From the NCBI GenBank assembly GCA_944372445.1, contig CALVZE010000003.1:1816-65815 (forward strand): 64,000 nucleotides of DNA, given 5' to 3'. The notes beneath the pieces are model-generated. The model had not been told where the DNA came from, searched no databases, and saw nothing but the letters and a program-made list of their open reading frames with translations. This DNA is from an uncultured Clostridia bacterium. Lineage in GTDB: Bacteria > Bacillota > Clostridia > Christensenellales > UBA1242. Shown here piece after piece: positions 25,010 to 34,211 of this stretch (position 1 is the first letter of the stretch; each line of letters begins with the position of its first letter). Both the position numbers and the translations under genes were made by a program.

Positions 25010-26008
25010 ATGGAAAATTTTTATGATGCAATTTTAGATGCGCTTATAGATGTTTTCAAGATGATGCCGATTTTGTTTTTGGCATATCTTCTTGTTTCAT
25101 ACCTTTCACACGACCATAATCATAAATTTTCCGGTTTTTTAAGCAAGAAGAAAAGGACAAGTGTATTGTATGCTTCTTTTTTAGGTTGCGTTCCGCAGTG
25201 CGGATTTAGTTCGGTTATAGCTGACCTATATTCAAGGCAAAAGGTGACACTCGGCACGCTGGTTGCGGTATTTGTGGCGACAAGTGATGAGGCAATTCCT
25301 ATCATGATTGCCACGCCAAGCCAGATTTTGAATATGCTTCTTTTAATCGGTATAAAGATAGTTTTGGCGCTCCTTTGGGGTTATGGTATCGACTTAATTG
25401 TCGAACTTTTCTCTAAAATTAAAAGGAAAAAGTTAGATAATACTACGGCGAGTGAAAACAAAATCTCGCATATAGAAAACGACCATGCTCTAAATCATGA
25501 GTTAAGCGAAAAACATCATGAACATCACATTCATGAGTGTGGACATATTCATAGTGATACTTGTGATGAGCATTGCCACCATGATGAACAGTGTTGTGTC
25601 GACAACATCTTTTTGGATGCCTTTAAGCATACGATGGAGATTGCTATTTACATTTTCGTTGCGACTTTTATTATCAACTTACTTATCAACTACTTTACGC
25701 TTGATATTTTCACAACAATCCTTTCCGACAATGTTATTATCCAAATTCTCATCGCGTGTGTTGTAGGGCTTATTCCAAATTGCGCTTCATCGGTTTTGCT
25801 TGTCGAACTTTTCACGGTCGGCGCGCTATCTTTTCCAGCACTTGTTGCGGGTCTATCGACGGGAGCAGGAGTAGGGCTTATCATCCTTATGACACGAAAC
25901 AAAAACATCCTTAAAAATTTAGGCATTCTTCTTTTGCAGTTTGGCATAGGTGTTGTCAGTGGTTTAATTATTTATGGCATCTTTGCGATAAGTGGTTTTA
26001 TGCTATAA
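25010..26008 (+). CDS. Polytopic permease, ArsP_2/DUF2899-like putative metal transporter with a His/Cys-rich loop
   Basis: The N-terminus (ILDALIDVFKMMPILFLAYLL) and GCVPQCGFS...TSDEAIP resemble the putative 10-TM metal-permease family. The central loop is HELSEKHHEHHIHECGHIHSDTCDEHCHHDEQCC. Confidence 0.6.
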   Translation: MENFYDAILDALIDVFKMMPILFLAYLLVSYLSHDHNHKFSGFLSKKKRTSVLYASFLGCVPQCGFSSVIADLYSRQKVTLGTLVAVFVATSDEAIPIMIATPSQILNMLLLIGIKIVLALLWGYGIDLIVELFSKIKRKKLDNTTASENKISHIENDHALNHELSEKHHEHHIHECGHIHSDTCDEHCHHDEQCCVDNIFLDAFKHTMEIAIYIFVATFIINLLINYFTLDIFTTILSDNVIIQILIACVVGLIPNCASSVLLVELFTVGALSFPALVAGLSTGAGVGLIILMTRNKNILKNLGILLLQFGIGVVSGLIIYGIFAISGFML

Positions 26009-26010
26009 GA

Positions 26011-26167
26011 GGTAGCCACTTTCTAGTGGTAGAAAAATATAAACAAATCACTTAAAAACATCAAACATCCAAAATTTGTTTGGGTGGCAGTGCCACTTTC
26101 TAGTGGTAGAAAAATACAAGTAAATTACTAAAAATCGTAAAAAGTCAAACATCCAAAATTTGTTTGG
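26011..26167 (+). repeat. Two tandem ~75-84 bp direct repeats upstream of the rpsB promoter
   Basis: Unit is GCCACTTTCTAGTGGTAGAAAAATA...CAAACATCCAAAATTTGTTTGG, at 26011-26083 and 26084-26167. Extra TTGTTTGG iterations follow, up to 26190. Confidence 0.8.
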
Positions 26168-26198
26168 CAAAAATTGTTTGGTTTGTTTGGTAAAACGC

Positions 26199-26227
26199 TT
26201 GCAAAATTTTTTTTACTATGCTATAAT
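26199..26227 (+). promoter_or_regulatory. Sigma-A type promoter of rpsB-tsf
   Basis: TTGCAA, 17-nt spacer, TATAAT. A ~180-nt leader follows. Confidence 0.65.
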
Positions 26228-26406
26228 CATCTCGTCATTGGACAAATAAGCACTTAAAGTAAATTTTTAAACGGGTTGCCTGAACGCTTGTAAACTTTGG
26301 TTTTATGTTTAAAATTTTGAATTTGTTTGCAGGTAAAAGAGTAATCTTGGGTTGGTTTAAAGAGTTAAAACTTTAAGGAAGGACAAAAACTAGGAGGTAA
26401 AAAATT

Positions 26407-27315
26407 ATGTCAGTTATTTCAATGAAACAACTTCTTGAAGCTGGTGTTCATTTCGGTCACCAAACAAGAAAGTGGAACCCTAAGATGAAAGAATACATCT
26501 TCACAGCAAGAAATGATATTCACATCTTAAATTTGGAGCTTACATCGGAGCAAATCGACAAGGCATACAGCTTTGTTCGCGATGTTGTAGCTTCTGGAAA
26601 AAGCGTGCTTTTTGTTGGAACAAAGAAGCAGGCACAAGAGGCAGTTAAGGAAGAAGCTGAGAGATGCGGAATGTTCTACATCAACACTCGTTGGCTTGGC
26701 GGAACTTTAACTAACTTCAAAACCATTAGAAACAGAATTGAGAGATTAAACAAGCTCAATCAAATGGAAAAGGTTGGTGAATTTGACCTTCTTCCAAAGA
26801 AAGAGGTGGCTCTTTTAAAGCAAGAGAGAGATAAGCTTGAAAAGAACCTCGGCGGAATTAAGGACATGCACGAGCTTCCAGGCGTTCTTTTCGTGGTTGA
26901 CCCAACAAACGAAAAAATCTGCGTTCATGAAGCAAACATCCTAAACATTCCGGTAGTTTCACTTGTTGACACAAATTGCGACCCATCAAATGTCACAGTG
27001 GTAATTCCAGGTAATGATGACGCTATTCGTTCCGTAAAACTTATCGCAAGCGCAATTGCAGATGCTGTTATCGAGGCAAGAGAGGGCGTTTCTATGCAGA
27101 AGAACGAAGAAGATGACGAAAAGGTTGACCTTGAAAGTTTGCTTACAGAAGCTAAGCCTAGCTTAGAACTTGCTGAGGCTGGCGAGGAAGTTAAAAAGAC
27201 AAACAAAAAACCTAAGAAGAAACCAGCTAAGAAAGTAGAAAAAACCGAAAAGGTTGAAGAAAAGAAAGAAGAAGTAAAAGAAGAAAAAGTTGAAGAGAAA
27301 AAGGACGCTGAATAA
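26407..27315 (+). CDS. rpsB: 30S ribosomal protein S2 with Lys/Glu-rich C-terminal extension
   Basis: [22 protein letters not shown] and a strong RBS (AGGAGG). The ~70-aa tail is rich in K, E and V. Confidence 0.95.
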   Translation: MSVISMKQLLEAGVHFGHQTRKWNPKMKEYIFTARNDIHILNLELTSEQIDKAYSFVRDVVASGKSVLFVGTKKQAQEAVKEEAERCGMFYINTRWLGGTLTNFKTIRNRIERLNKLNQMEKVGEFDLLPKKEVALLKQERDKLEKNLGGIKDMHELPGVLFVVDPTNEKICVHEANILNIPVVSLVDTNCDPSNVTVVIPGNDDAIRSVKLIASAIADAVIEAREGVSMQKNEEDDEKVDLESLLTEAKPSLELAEAGEEVKKTNKKPKKKPAKKVEKTEKVEEKKEEVKEEKVEEKKDAE

Positions 27316-27368
27316 TCTAAATACTTAGCGTTCCAAGAAAAAAATTTAAAATCAAAAAGGAGATAATT

Positions 27369-28025
27369 ATGAGTTTTACTGCACAAGATGTTGCAAAATT
27401 AAGACAACAAACAGGCGTTGGTATGATGGAGTGCAAAAAGGCACTTACCGATGCTAATGGAGATTTTGAAAAGGCAATTGTTCTTCTTCGTGAAAGAGGG
27501 CTTAAAGCGGTTGACAAAAAGCAAAACAGAATAGCTTCCGAAGGCGCTGTTGCTTCTTACATCCACATGGGCGGAAAGATAGGCGTTTTGGTTGAAGTTA
27601 ACTGTGAAACCGACTTCGTTGCAAAGAGTGACGATTTCCAAGTTTTGGTTAAAGACATTGCTATGCAAATTGCTGCTGCAAATCCTAAGTATGTTCGTGA
27701 AGAGGAAGTTGACCCTAGCGAACTTGAAAAGGAAAAGGAAATTTTGAAAGTGCAAGCGCTTAATGAGGGCAAGCCTGCAAATATTGTTGAAAGAATGATT
27801 GAAGGAAGAATTAAAAAGTATTATGAAGATGTTTGTCTTCTCAATCAACCATTCGTTAAGGACAGCAGTAAAACAATTAAAGATATCTTAACAGAAGCAA
27901 CTCTCAAAATTGGCGAAAAGATTTCTGTTAGACGCTTTGTTCGTTATGAACTAGGTGAAGGACTTGAAAAGAGAAATGACAATCTTGCCGAAGAAGTTGC
28001 TAAGCAAATGGCAGGTATTAAGTAA
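27369..28025 (+). CDS. tsf: Elongation factor Ts (short form, 218 aa)
   Basis: VAKLRQQTGVGMMECKKAL N-terminal UBA-like domain and a TDFVAK motif. Confidence 0.95.
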   Translation: MSFTAQDVAKLRQQTGVGMMECKKALTDANGDFEKAIVLLRERGLKAVDKKQNRIASEGAVASYIHMGGKIGVLVEVNCETDFVAKSDDFQVLVKDIAMQIAAANPKYVREEEVDPSELEKEKEILKVQALNEGKPANIVERMIEGRIKKYYEDVCLLNQPFVKDSSKTIKDILTEATLKIGEKISVRRFVRYELGEGLEKRNDNLAEEVAKQMAGIK

Positions 28026-28029
28026 TTTA

Positions 28030-28056
28030 AAGGATAGATTTTCTATCCTTTATTTT
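28030..28056 (+). terminator. Rho-independent terminator after tsf
   Basis: AGGATAG-atttt-CTATCCT plus a T-rich tail. Confidence 0.75.
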
Positions 28057-28123
28057 TAACACTTTAAAGATTTGTAAATTTAATGCAATATATACATACA
28101 AAAATTAAACAAGGAGGTGGAGT

Positions 28124-29299
28124 ATGGATGTTAATATTGTTGCGTCAACTAAGGTTGGCTATAAGGCGGACAAAGAGGAGCTTGATAAGTTCGGTGGTAT
28201 AAGCGCGGGAATATGCTATTCTAAAAACGGCTTTGAAAGTTTGTTGAACGAAGAAAGCGAGGCAACGCAAAAAAGGATTGAAAGGACAAAAAATGGCGGA
28301 CATCATAGCGTCTATGGGCATGGCGAAATATCTTTGATTTTAGAGGGTGTTCCTAAGGCACTTGCTATGTTTTTGAATAATGAAAAGGAGTATAACACAA
28401 GCGAGCGTTCGGCTAGATACACCAAAATGAAACTTCAAGGCGAGGAAGAGGAAATTTATAACAAATGGGTAGGTATTTTTAAGGACAAAATTACGTCGAG
28501 ATATGCTGGCGTTGCGCCTAATTTCTTTACTGAAAGAAAGATAACCACTTTGGCACAGGAGAATGCAAGGTATTTGATTTCGGTTTTTACCTTGACTACG
28601 CTTGAATATACCACTTCGTATAGACAACTTAATTACATATACGGCTTTATGCAAAAGGAAATACATAGAGAAAACCCAACCGCTTTCGACATTATGATAC
28701 GCCCACATTTTGCTGAATTCTGTGAAAAGTTAAGAGAACTTAATCTCATTGATGAGCGTCTACAAGAAAATGGCAAAAACAGAGAGTTCAGCCTGATAGA
28801 TAGAGAAAACACACCGCTTGTTAAGTATTTTGGCGATGTGTATGCGACAAGCTACAAAGGTTCATTTGCTGAGCTTGCACAGGCGCAAAGACATAGAACG
28901 ATTGATTATAGCTTTAAATTTACAGACGAAAGCTTTTTTATTCCTCCGATTATTAAAGATGACGAAAATTTAGTCAAAGAATGGCTTAATGATTGTGCTA
29001 AGCAGTATAACACCTTTCCGCAAGGTATGCTTCTTGAAATCGAAGAGCGGGGGACATATAGAAACTTTATTTTGAAAATGCAAGAACGCCTTTGTTCGTG
29101 CGCACAACTTGAAATCAATAAGCAAACGCTTGAAACATTAAAGGAATATAGGCAAGCGCTCCTTGCCAGCAATCATCCAAGATATGCCGAACTTAAAGAC
29201 TTTAACGCTTCAAGATGCACCTTCAAAGAGAAGTATAGGTTTGATTGCAAAACGCCATGTGGCTTTAAGGAAGGAGTGCTAGGCGAAAGAGAGATATAA
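28124..29299 (+). CDS. Divergent ThyX-like (Thy1 fold) protein, 391 aa
   Basis: GGHHSVYGH resembles ThyX HxSxxEH. SERSARY resembles SxRY. ENARYLISV, AQRHRTIDYS (RHR motif) and RNFILKMQERLCSCAQLEI (compare N.RSL..F..LR...AQWEI) are also present. RBS is AAGGAGGTGG. Confidence 0.6.
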   Translation: MDVNIVASTKVGYKADKEELDKFGGISAGICYSKNGFESLLNEESEATQKRIERTKNGGHHSVYGHGEISLILEGVPKALAMFLNNEKEYNTSERSARYTKMKLQGEEEEIYNKWVGIFKDKITSRYAGVAPNFFTERKITTLAQENARYLISVFTLTTLEYTTSYRQLNYIYGFMQKEIHRENPTAFDIMIRPHFAEFCEKLRELNLIDERLQENGKNREFSLIDRENTPLVKYFGDVYATSYKGSFAELAQAQRHRTIDYSFKFTDESFFIPPIIKDDENLVKEWLNDCAKQYNTFPQGMLLEIEERGTYRNFILKMQERLCSCAQLEINKQTLETLKEYRQALLASNHPRYAELKDFNASRCTFKEKYRFDCKTPCGFKEGVLGEREI

Positions 29300-29420
29300 C
29301 AAACTATCAAGTGCCGGCAAAGTTGCTATTTTTATAGACGGTAACCATAAATCAATTAAATTTGATAGAGTTTATTAAATTTCAAGTCAAAATTTTTAAT
29401 ATTAAATTTATCTTCATTAA

Positions 29421-29449
29421 AAAAATTGAACGATAAGTCGTTCAATTTT
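29421..29449. terminator. Bidirectional terminator between the thyX-like gene and rpmB
   Basis: AAAAA-TTGAACGA-taag-TCGTTCAA-TTTTT. Confidence 0.7.
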
Positions 29450-29626
29450 TTAGTTACCTTTTTTCTTTGCAGTCTTAATGCATTTTGTGCAAGCTCTCAC
29501 TCTTTTTCCGTTAATTTCTGTTTCTTGAAGATTAACATTATATTTTCTTGGAGCTTTGTTATTTGCATGGCTTACTGTTTTTCCGTCCATTTTGCCCTTT
29601 TCGCAAATTTCGCAAACTCTACTCAT
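29450..29626 (-). CDS. rpmB: 50S ribosomal protein L28 (58 aa; below the ORF-track size cut-off)
   Basis: The - strand translation is MSRVCEICEKGKMDGKTVSHANNKAPRKYNVNLQETEINGKRVRACTKCIKTAKKKGN, preceded by GGAGAAGGGAA. It is divergent from yloU-yloV, as in B. subtilis. Confidence 0.9.
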   Translation of the reverse strand: MSRVCEICEKGKMDGKTVSHANNKAPRKYNVNLQETEINGKRVRACTKCIKTAKKKGN

Positions 29627-30062
29627 TTCCCTTCTCCTTTTATTATTTTTTATTTACGGGCTTTATTTTATCACACTTTTAATAAAAAATCAACTATTTT
29701 TTCTATTTTGTTTTTTATTTTTGCTATAAAACTTTAATAGATATAGTGCTAAAAGGCTCTAATATAAATTCAACACGCATGAATAAAAATGGTTTTTAAG
29801 AACATATAAATTAAGAAGGAGTTTTCGCAAAATTCCAAACTTAAAAGTTGGTTAAAATTTACAAAATTTATCAAATATTGCAAAATAAAAAATGTTTTTG
29901 AATTATTTTTGAAAAAAATATTTTTTTGTTTGATTTTGCTTGCGTAAATTTTGATTATGGTGTATTATATAGTTAGGTGTAGGATTGTAAAACTTCCTCA
30001 AAGCCTAGATTTGAATTTTTTATTTCAAATGTTATTATTGCATTGTTTTTCGGAGGAAACTT

Positions 30063-30413
30063 TTGACAGTAGATACCAATAATTATTATGGTAAAATTTC
30101 AATTAGCGACAAGGCGATACGCACTGTCGCTGGTTTTGTTGCCATGGATTGCTATGGTGTTGTCGACCTCGTTTCTAAAAGCATTAAAGACAGTGCTCGT
30201 GAGTTTTTTAAAAAGGAATCCTATTCTCGTGGGGTTTCAGTAAATCATATCGACAACCGTATATATATTGACATACACTGCATTTTAAAGTATGGTGTTT
30301 CTATTTCTGCGGTTGCTGAGTCGCTTAAAAAATCAGTTAAATACACAATTGAAAATTTCACAGGCATGATTGTTGACACTGTGAATGTTCATGTTGTGGG
30401 TGTTAGAGTGTAG
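30063..30413 (+). CDS. Asp23/YloU family protein
   Basis: TTG start follows GGAGGA. GKISISDKAIRTVAGFVAMDCYGVV is Asp23-like. Shows the canonical rpmB / yloU-yloV arrangement. Confidence 0.85.
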   Translation: MTVDTNNYYGKISISDKAIRTVAGFVAMDCYGVVDLVSKSIKDSAREFFKKESYSRGVSVNHIDNRIYIDIHCILKYGVSISAVAESLKKSVKYTIENFTGMIVDTVNVHVVGVRV

Positions 30414-30425
30414 GAGTTAATTATT

Positions 30426-32060
30426 ATGCAGAAAACGATTAATGGTGTGTCCTTTCGTAAGATGGTTCTTGCGGGGGTTAGCCTTTTAGAGCAAAATAAA
30501 GAATATATTGATTCGCTTAATGTCTTTCCTGTTCCAGATGGAGACACAGGAACAAATATGTTTCTAACGATGAAGTCCGCTATGACAGAGATAAATAAGT
30601 GCATGAATAACGATATTTCTTCTCTTTCAGAAGCTTTCAGTAAGGGCGCTCTTCGTGGTGCGAGAGGAAATAGCGGTGTTATTACTTCTCAGATTTTCAA
30701 AGGTTTTTGTTCTGTAACAAGCGGATGTAAAGAGATTACAACAAAAGATTTTGCAAAGGCTATGCAGGAAGGAGCAACCATTGCATACAAAGCTGTCACA
30801 AAGCCAAAAGAGGGAACTATCTTAACTGTCATTCGCGTTATGGCTGAAAACGCCGTTTCTCTTGCGAAGAAGCATGAAGATTTTGAAGTGTTCTTGAAGA
30901 AAGTGATAGACACAGGTGAAGAAATTTTAAAGCAGACGCCAGAAATGCTTCCTGTGCTTAAAAAGGCGGGAGTTGTGGACTCTGGCGGTAGAGGTATTCT
31001 TGTTATCTTCACAGGTTTTTATCGCTACATCATGGGCGATGAAGATTTAGAAATAACATTTGAAGATGACAAACAACCTCAAAGCCTTGACGATGTGATT
31101 GCTGACATAAATAATCTTGGCGATATTGAATTCGGTTACTGCACTGAGTATATGATTATCCATATGCACAAAAAGACGACAGAAGCAGATATTGATAAGC
31201 TAAGAGAAAAACTTATGGAAATCGGCGACTCTGTCATCTGCATCGGTGACCTATCGCTTGTCAAAGTGCATGTGCATACAAACGAACCTAACAAAGCTCT
31301 CGGCTATGCGCTTGAACTTGGTGAACTTTTCAACTTGAAAATCGAAAACATGCGCGAGCAAAATAGAGAACTTAAAAAGAAAGCACAAGTTGTTGAAGAA
31401 AGCAAAGAAATGGGTATGATTTCTGTTGCTCCTGGTGATGGTCTTGCATCAATATTTAAAGATTTAACAGTTGATGAAATTATTGTTGGTGGTCAAACTA
31501 TGAACCCAAGTGCTGAGGATATTGCTACCGCTGCCGACAAAGTGCCTGCAAGAACCGTTTTTGTTTTTCCTAATAATAAGAATATCGTTTTAGCAGCAGA
31601 ACAAGCAAACGATGTGACAAATAAAAATTTAGTCATCATTCCAACCAAAAGCGTTCCGGAAGGAATTTCCGCAGCTATCGCTTTCAATCCTGAGGCTAGT
31701 GTTGAAGAAAACAAGACGGCTATGCTTGACGCGATAAAGTCTGTCCGCTCTGGACAGGTGACTTATGCAGTTCGCGACACTCATGTCGATGGTTTTGACC
31801 TTCGAAAGGGAGAGATTATTGGACTTGACGACAAGGCAATCTTGGCGAAGGGTGACTTAGTGGGCGACACCACTGAAAAACTTATCGAAACGATGTTTAA
31901 TGACAGCGTTATCAACATTACTTTATTCTTTGGCGAGGATATTAGAGAAGATGAAGCGAATAAATTACAAGAGAAGCTTGCTGAAAAATATCCAGAATGC
32001 GAAGTGACTGTGGCTTATGGCGGTCAGCCGGTGTATTATTACATCATCTCACTTGAATAA
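30426..32060 (+). CDS. DAK2 domain-containing protein YloV-like
   Basis: N-terminal DAK2 motifs LNVFPVPDGDTGTNM and RGARGNSGVI. 544 aa. Confidence 0.9.
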   Translation: MQKTINGVSFRKMVLAGVSLLEQNKEYIDSLNVFPVPDGDTGTNMFLTMKSAMTEINKCMNNDISSLSEAFSKGALRGARGNSGVITSQIFKGFCSVTSGCKEITTKDFAKAMQEGATIAYKAVTKPKEGTILTVIRVMAENAVSLAKKHEDFEVFLKKVIDTGEEILKQTPEMLPVLKKAGVVDSGGRGILVIFTGFYRYIMGDEDLEITFEDDKQPQSLDDVIADINNLGDIEFGYCTEYMIIHMHKKTTEADIDKLREKLMEIGDSVICIGDLSLVKVHVHTNEPNKALGYALELGELFNLKIENMREQNRELKKKAQVVEESKEMGMISVAPGDGLASIFKDLTVDEIIVGGQTMNPSAEDIATAADKVPARTVFVFPNNKNIVLAAEQANDVTNKNLVIIPTKSVPEGISAAIAFNPEASVEENKTAMLDAIKSVRSGQVTYAVRDTHVDGFDLRKGEIIGLDDKAILAKGDLVGDTTEKLIETMFNDSVINITLFFGEDIREDEANKLQEKLAEKYPECEVTVAYGGQPVYYYIISLE

Positions 32061-32177
32061 TATTAAAAGTGCTTATTTTCAAGCGCTTTTATTTTTGCAC
32101 TTTTTGTTATTATTTCATAATTAAACTGAATTTGTGATAAAAATATCGAAAAAAGTTTGATATTTTTATTAGCCATA

Positions 32178-32205
32178 TTGACAAAATTTATTTTTATGAT
32201 AAAAT
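32178..32205 (+). promoter_or_regulatory. Sigma-A type promoter of the 632-aa orphan
   Basis: TTGACA, 16-nt spacer, TGaTAAAAT (extended -10). Confidence 0.55.
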
Positions 32206-32216
32206 AATTTCAAGAG

Positions 32217-34115
32217 GTGAATATGAATAACTTAACCTGCACAAGCGAAATCGTGCGCATGGCTAAAACATACTTTGCAATGAGCGAGGATGAAATAGAA
32301 AGCGCACTTATGAAGGCTAAGAAGAAAAAAGATTTCAGTGAAAGTTATTTATATTCTATTTTAATTTCGGCTGAACCTTATTTTTCTAGATACCTTGAAG
32401 ATACGCCTGTTGATTTACAAAGAAAGATAGGCAGGGTGGCGTTTGATGGTTTAAATTATTCTACATTTCGCCTTTATGAAACTCCGCAAGATACGAGGTA
32501 TAGGCTTACCGAATTCTTTGCCATGACAAGCAGTTATGGTATTAATCCATACAAGATTTTTTATTCCACCGTCATTTCAAAAGCTCATCTATTCTATAAT
32601 AGAGAAGGAAAATATAGCATTTACAAGCATGAAACTAGCAATTTTGAAGTGGTTTCAAACGCAATTGAGGAGCAATTAGGCATAGATAAAGCCAAAGTTG
32701 CTAAAATGTATGAGCGCTGTTCTTCTCTTTATTACAAAGTTGATATAGAGAAGATTGAAAAAAACTACCGTGCGATTAGGCGATTAAGCTATAATTCAGC
32801 AAGCATATTTAATAATATAGAAGTAAAGGAGATTTTGAGAAACAATCCTACTTTATATTCTTGTTCACAAATTGAAAGTGCTTTTAATTATCTAAAAAAG
32901 AAAGCTGAAATTTATAAAGCTAAAAACAACGACAAAAGATGTGTAGAAGATATTTTAAACAGCTGGATTAAGAATAATTCCTCTTCTCTTGCTATCAATG
33001 TGGAGGGTATGAAAAGTAAGGAGAGGGCATTATATAACTTTTTAACCACCATTGCAAGCAATGACAAGGTGGCAAGTGTTATTTATTCTATATTTGATAA
33101 CCCTACAAGTATCTCTACCATAAACAAAATTTCCAGCGATACATTTTTTAAACATGAGAATTATATGAAAGTGATAAAGACGCTTATTTATTTTCTGGAT
33201 GCTCCTAGCAAGGAGAAATACCCTTTGAATACTTTTAACTATCTAAAAAATTCAAAATTGGTATATTCAATTGATTATAAAAGGCTTAAAGGTTTTTTAG
33301 ATAAAGTCAAAAATTGTGATATTCAAGATAAAACTAATTTAATGCAAAGATTTGTCGAAAAGGGTGATGCTATCTATTCTTATTTCGATAAATATACCGA
33401 TGATGAAATATTAGAAAAACTTAGAACAGACAAGATTTTATTCCGTATAAAACTCTACAATATGACAAAATCTATGATTGCTCATAAGTTTTATGAGGTA
33501 TTTTCAAATAATCCTGACGAAAAATTCAACTATCTTAACGACCTTTTGTGCGAAAATTATAATTTGGAAATTATTTGTTCTCATATCAACAAGGCAACCT
33601 CATATATCGATATACTTAAAAAAGTTTTGAATAGAAATGGCAATGTTTTACCTTTTGCTAAGGAGATAGAGGAGAATGCTCTTAGTTTTCTTGGTGTCTA
33701 TTTTCAATATGAAGAAAAATATATAAAAGTTGACTTTGGCGAGGCTATGGAGATGTTTATGACAAAGGTCGATGATGCAAAAAAGGAAATAGACACTCTT
33801 TATGAAAATGGAGTGGATGATGCAAAAAAACGCTATGATAGTGTCGATGCTTTATATCGCACTTTTAAAGAAAACACTGAGAATAAGTTATCAAAAAATA
33901 ACAATCCTGTTTTAAGGCGCGAAGAGTTTAAAAAAGATTTACAAGAAGTGGTGAAAGCGCTTGAAAAAGAAGTCGAAACAAAGCAACTGTCTATATATGA
34001 TTACAAAGACGGAGTAAATGACAAATATCAAGCTTTGAGTATATTGAAAAAAGTTCAAGCTAGATTTAATACTTTTGATAGCTATATAGAGAAAGAAAAT
34101 AATAGGATGTTATGA
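32217..34115 (+). CDS. Hypothetical protein, 632 aa, predicted all-helical, no recognised catalytic motif
   Basis: Long uninterrupted ORF rich in K, N, Y, I and S, with its own promoter. The start could be GTG 32217 or ATG 32223. There is no Walker motif, signal peptide or TM segment. Confidence 0.7.
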   Translation: MNMNNLTCTSEIVRMAKTYFAMSEDEIESALMKAKKKKDFSESYLYSILISAEPYFSRYLEDTPVDLQRKIGRVAFDGLNYSTFRLYETPQDTRYRLTEFFAMTSSYGINPYKIFYSTVISKAHLFYNREGKYSIYKHETSNFEVVSNAIEEQLGIDKAKVAKMYERCSSLYYKVDIEKIEKNYRAIRRLSYNSASIFNNIEVKEILRNNPTLYSCSQIESAFNYLKKKAEIYKAKNNDKRCVEDILNSWIKNNSSSLAINVEGMKSKERALYNFLTTIASNDKVASVIYSIFDNPTSISTINKISSDTFFKHENYMKVIKTLIYFLDAPSKEKYPLNTFNYLKNSKLVYSIDYKRLKGFLDKVKNCDIQDKTNLMQRFVEKGDAIYSYFDKYTDDEILEKLRTDKILFRIKLYNMTKSMIAHKFYEVFSNNPDEKFNYLNDLLCENYNLEIICSHINKATSYIDILKKVLNRNGNVLPFAKEIEENALSFLGVYFQYEEKYIKVDFGEAMEMFMTKVDDAKKEIDTLYENGVDDAKKRYDSVDALYRTFKENTENKLSKNNNPVLRREEFKKDLQEVVKALEKEVETKQLSIYDYKDGVNDKYQALSILKKVQARFNTFDSYIEKENNRML

Positions 34116-34182
34116 GAAGTATAGGCTTATATTGTCATACAAACTATTTCAAATAGATATTTCCAAAATTTAAGCATTTTGT

Positions 34183-34211
34183 TTGCAAATATTTTTCTTT
34201 TATATTATAAT
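34183..34211 (+). promoter_or_regulatory. Sigma-A type promoter of frr
   Basis: TTGCAA, 17-nt spacer, TATAAT. Confidence 0.6.

Noticed and set aside
26011-26167. Possible CRISPR array or attachment site.
   Set aside because: There are only two directly adjacent units with no unique spacers, and no cas genes or integrase nearby. It is reported as a tandem repeat instead.
26228-26406. The ~180-nt rpsB leader as an S2-binding autoregulatory structure.
   Set aside because: This is plausible from E. coli precedent, but I could not identify a convincing conserved fold by eye.
29426-29737. 103-aa + strand ORF.
   Set aside because: It is antisense to a clear L28 (rpmB) gene on the - strand and extends into AT-rich promoter sequence. 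It has no RBS.
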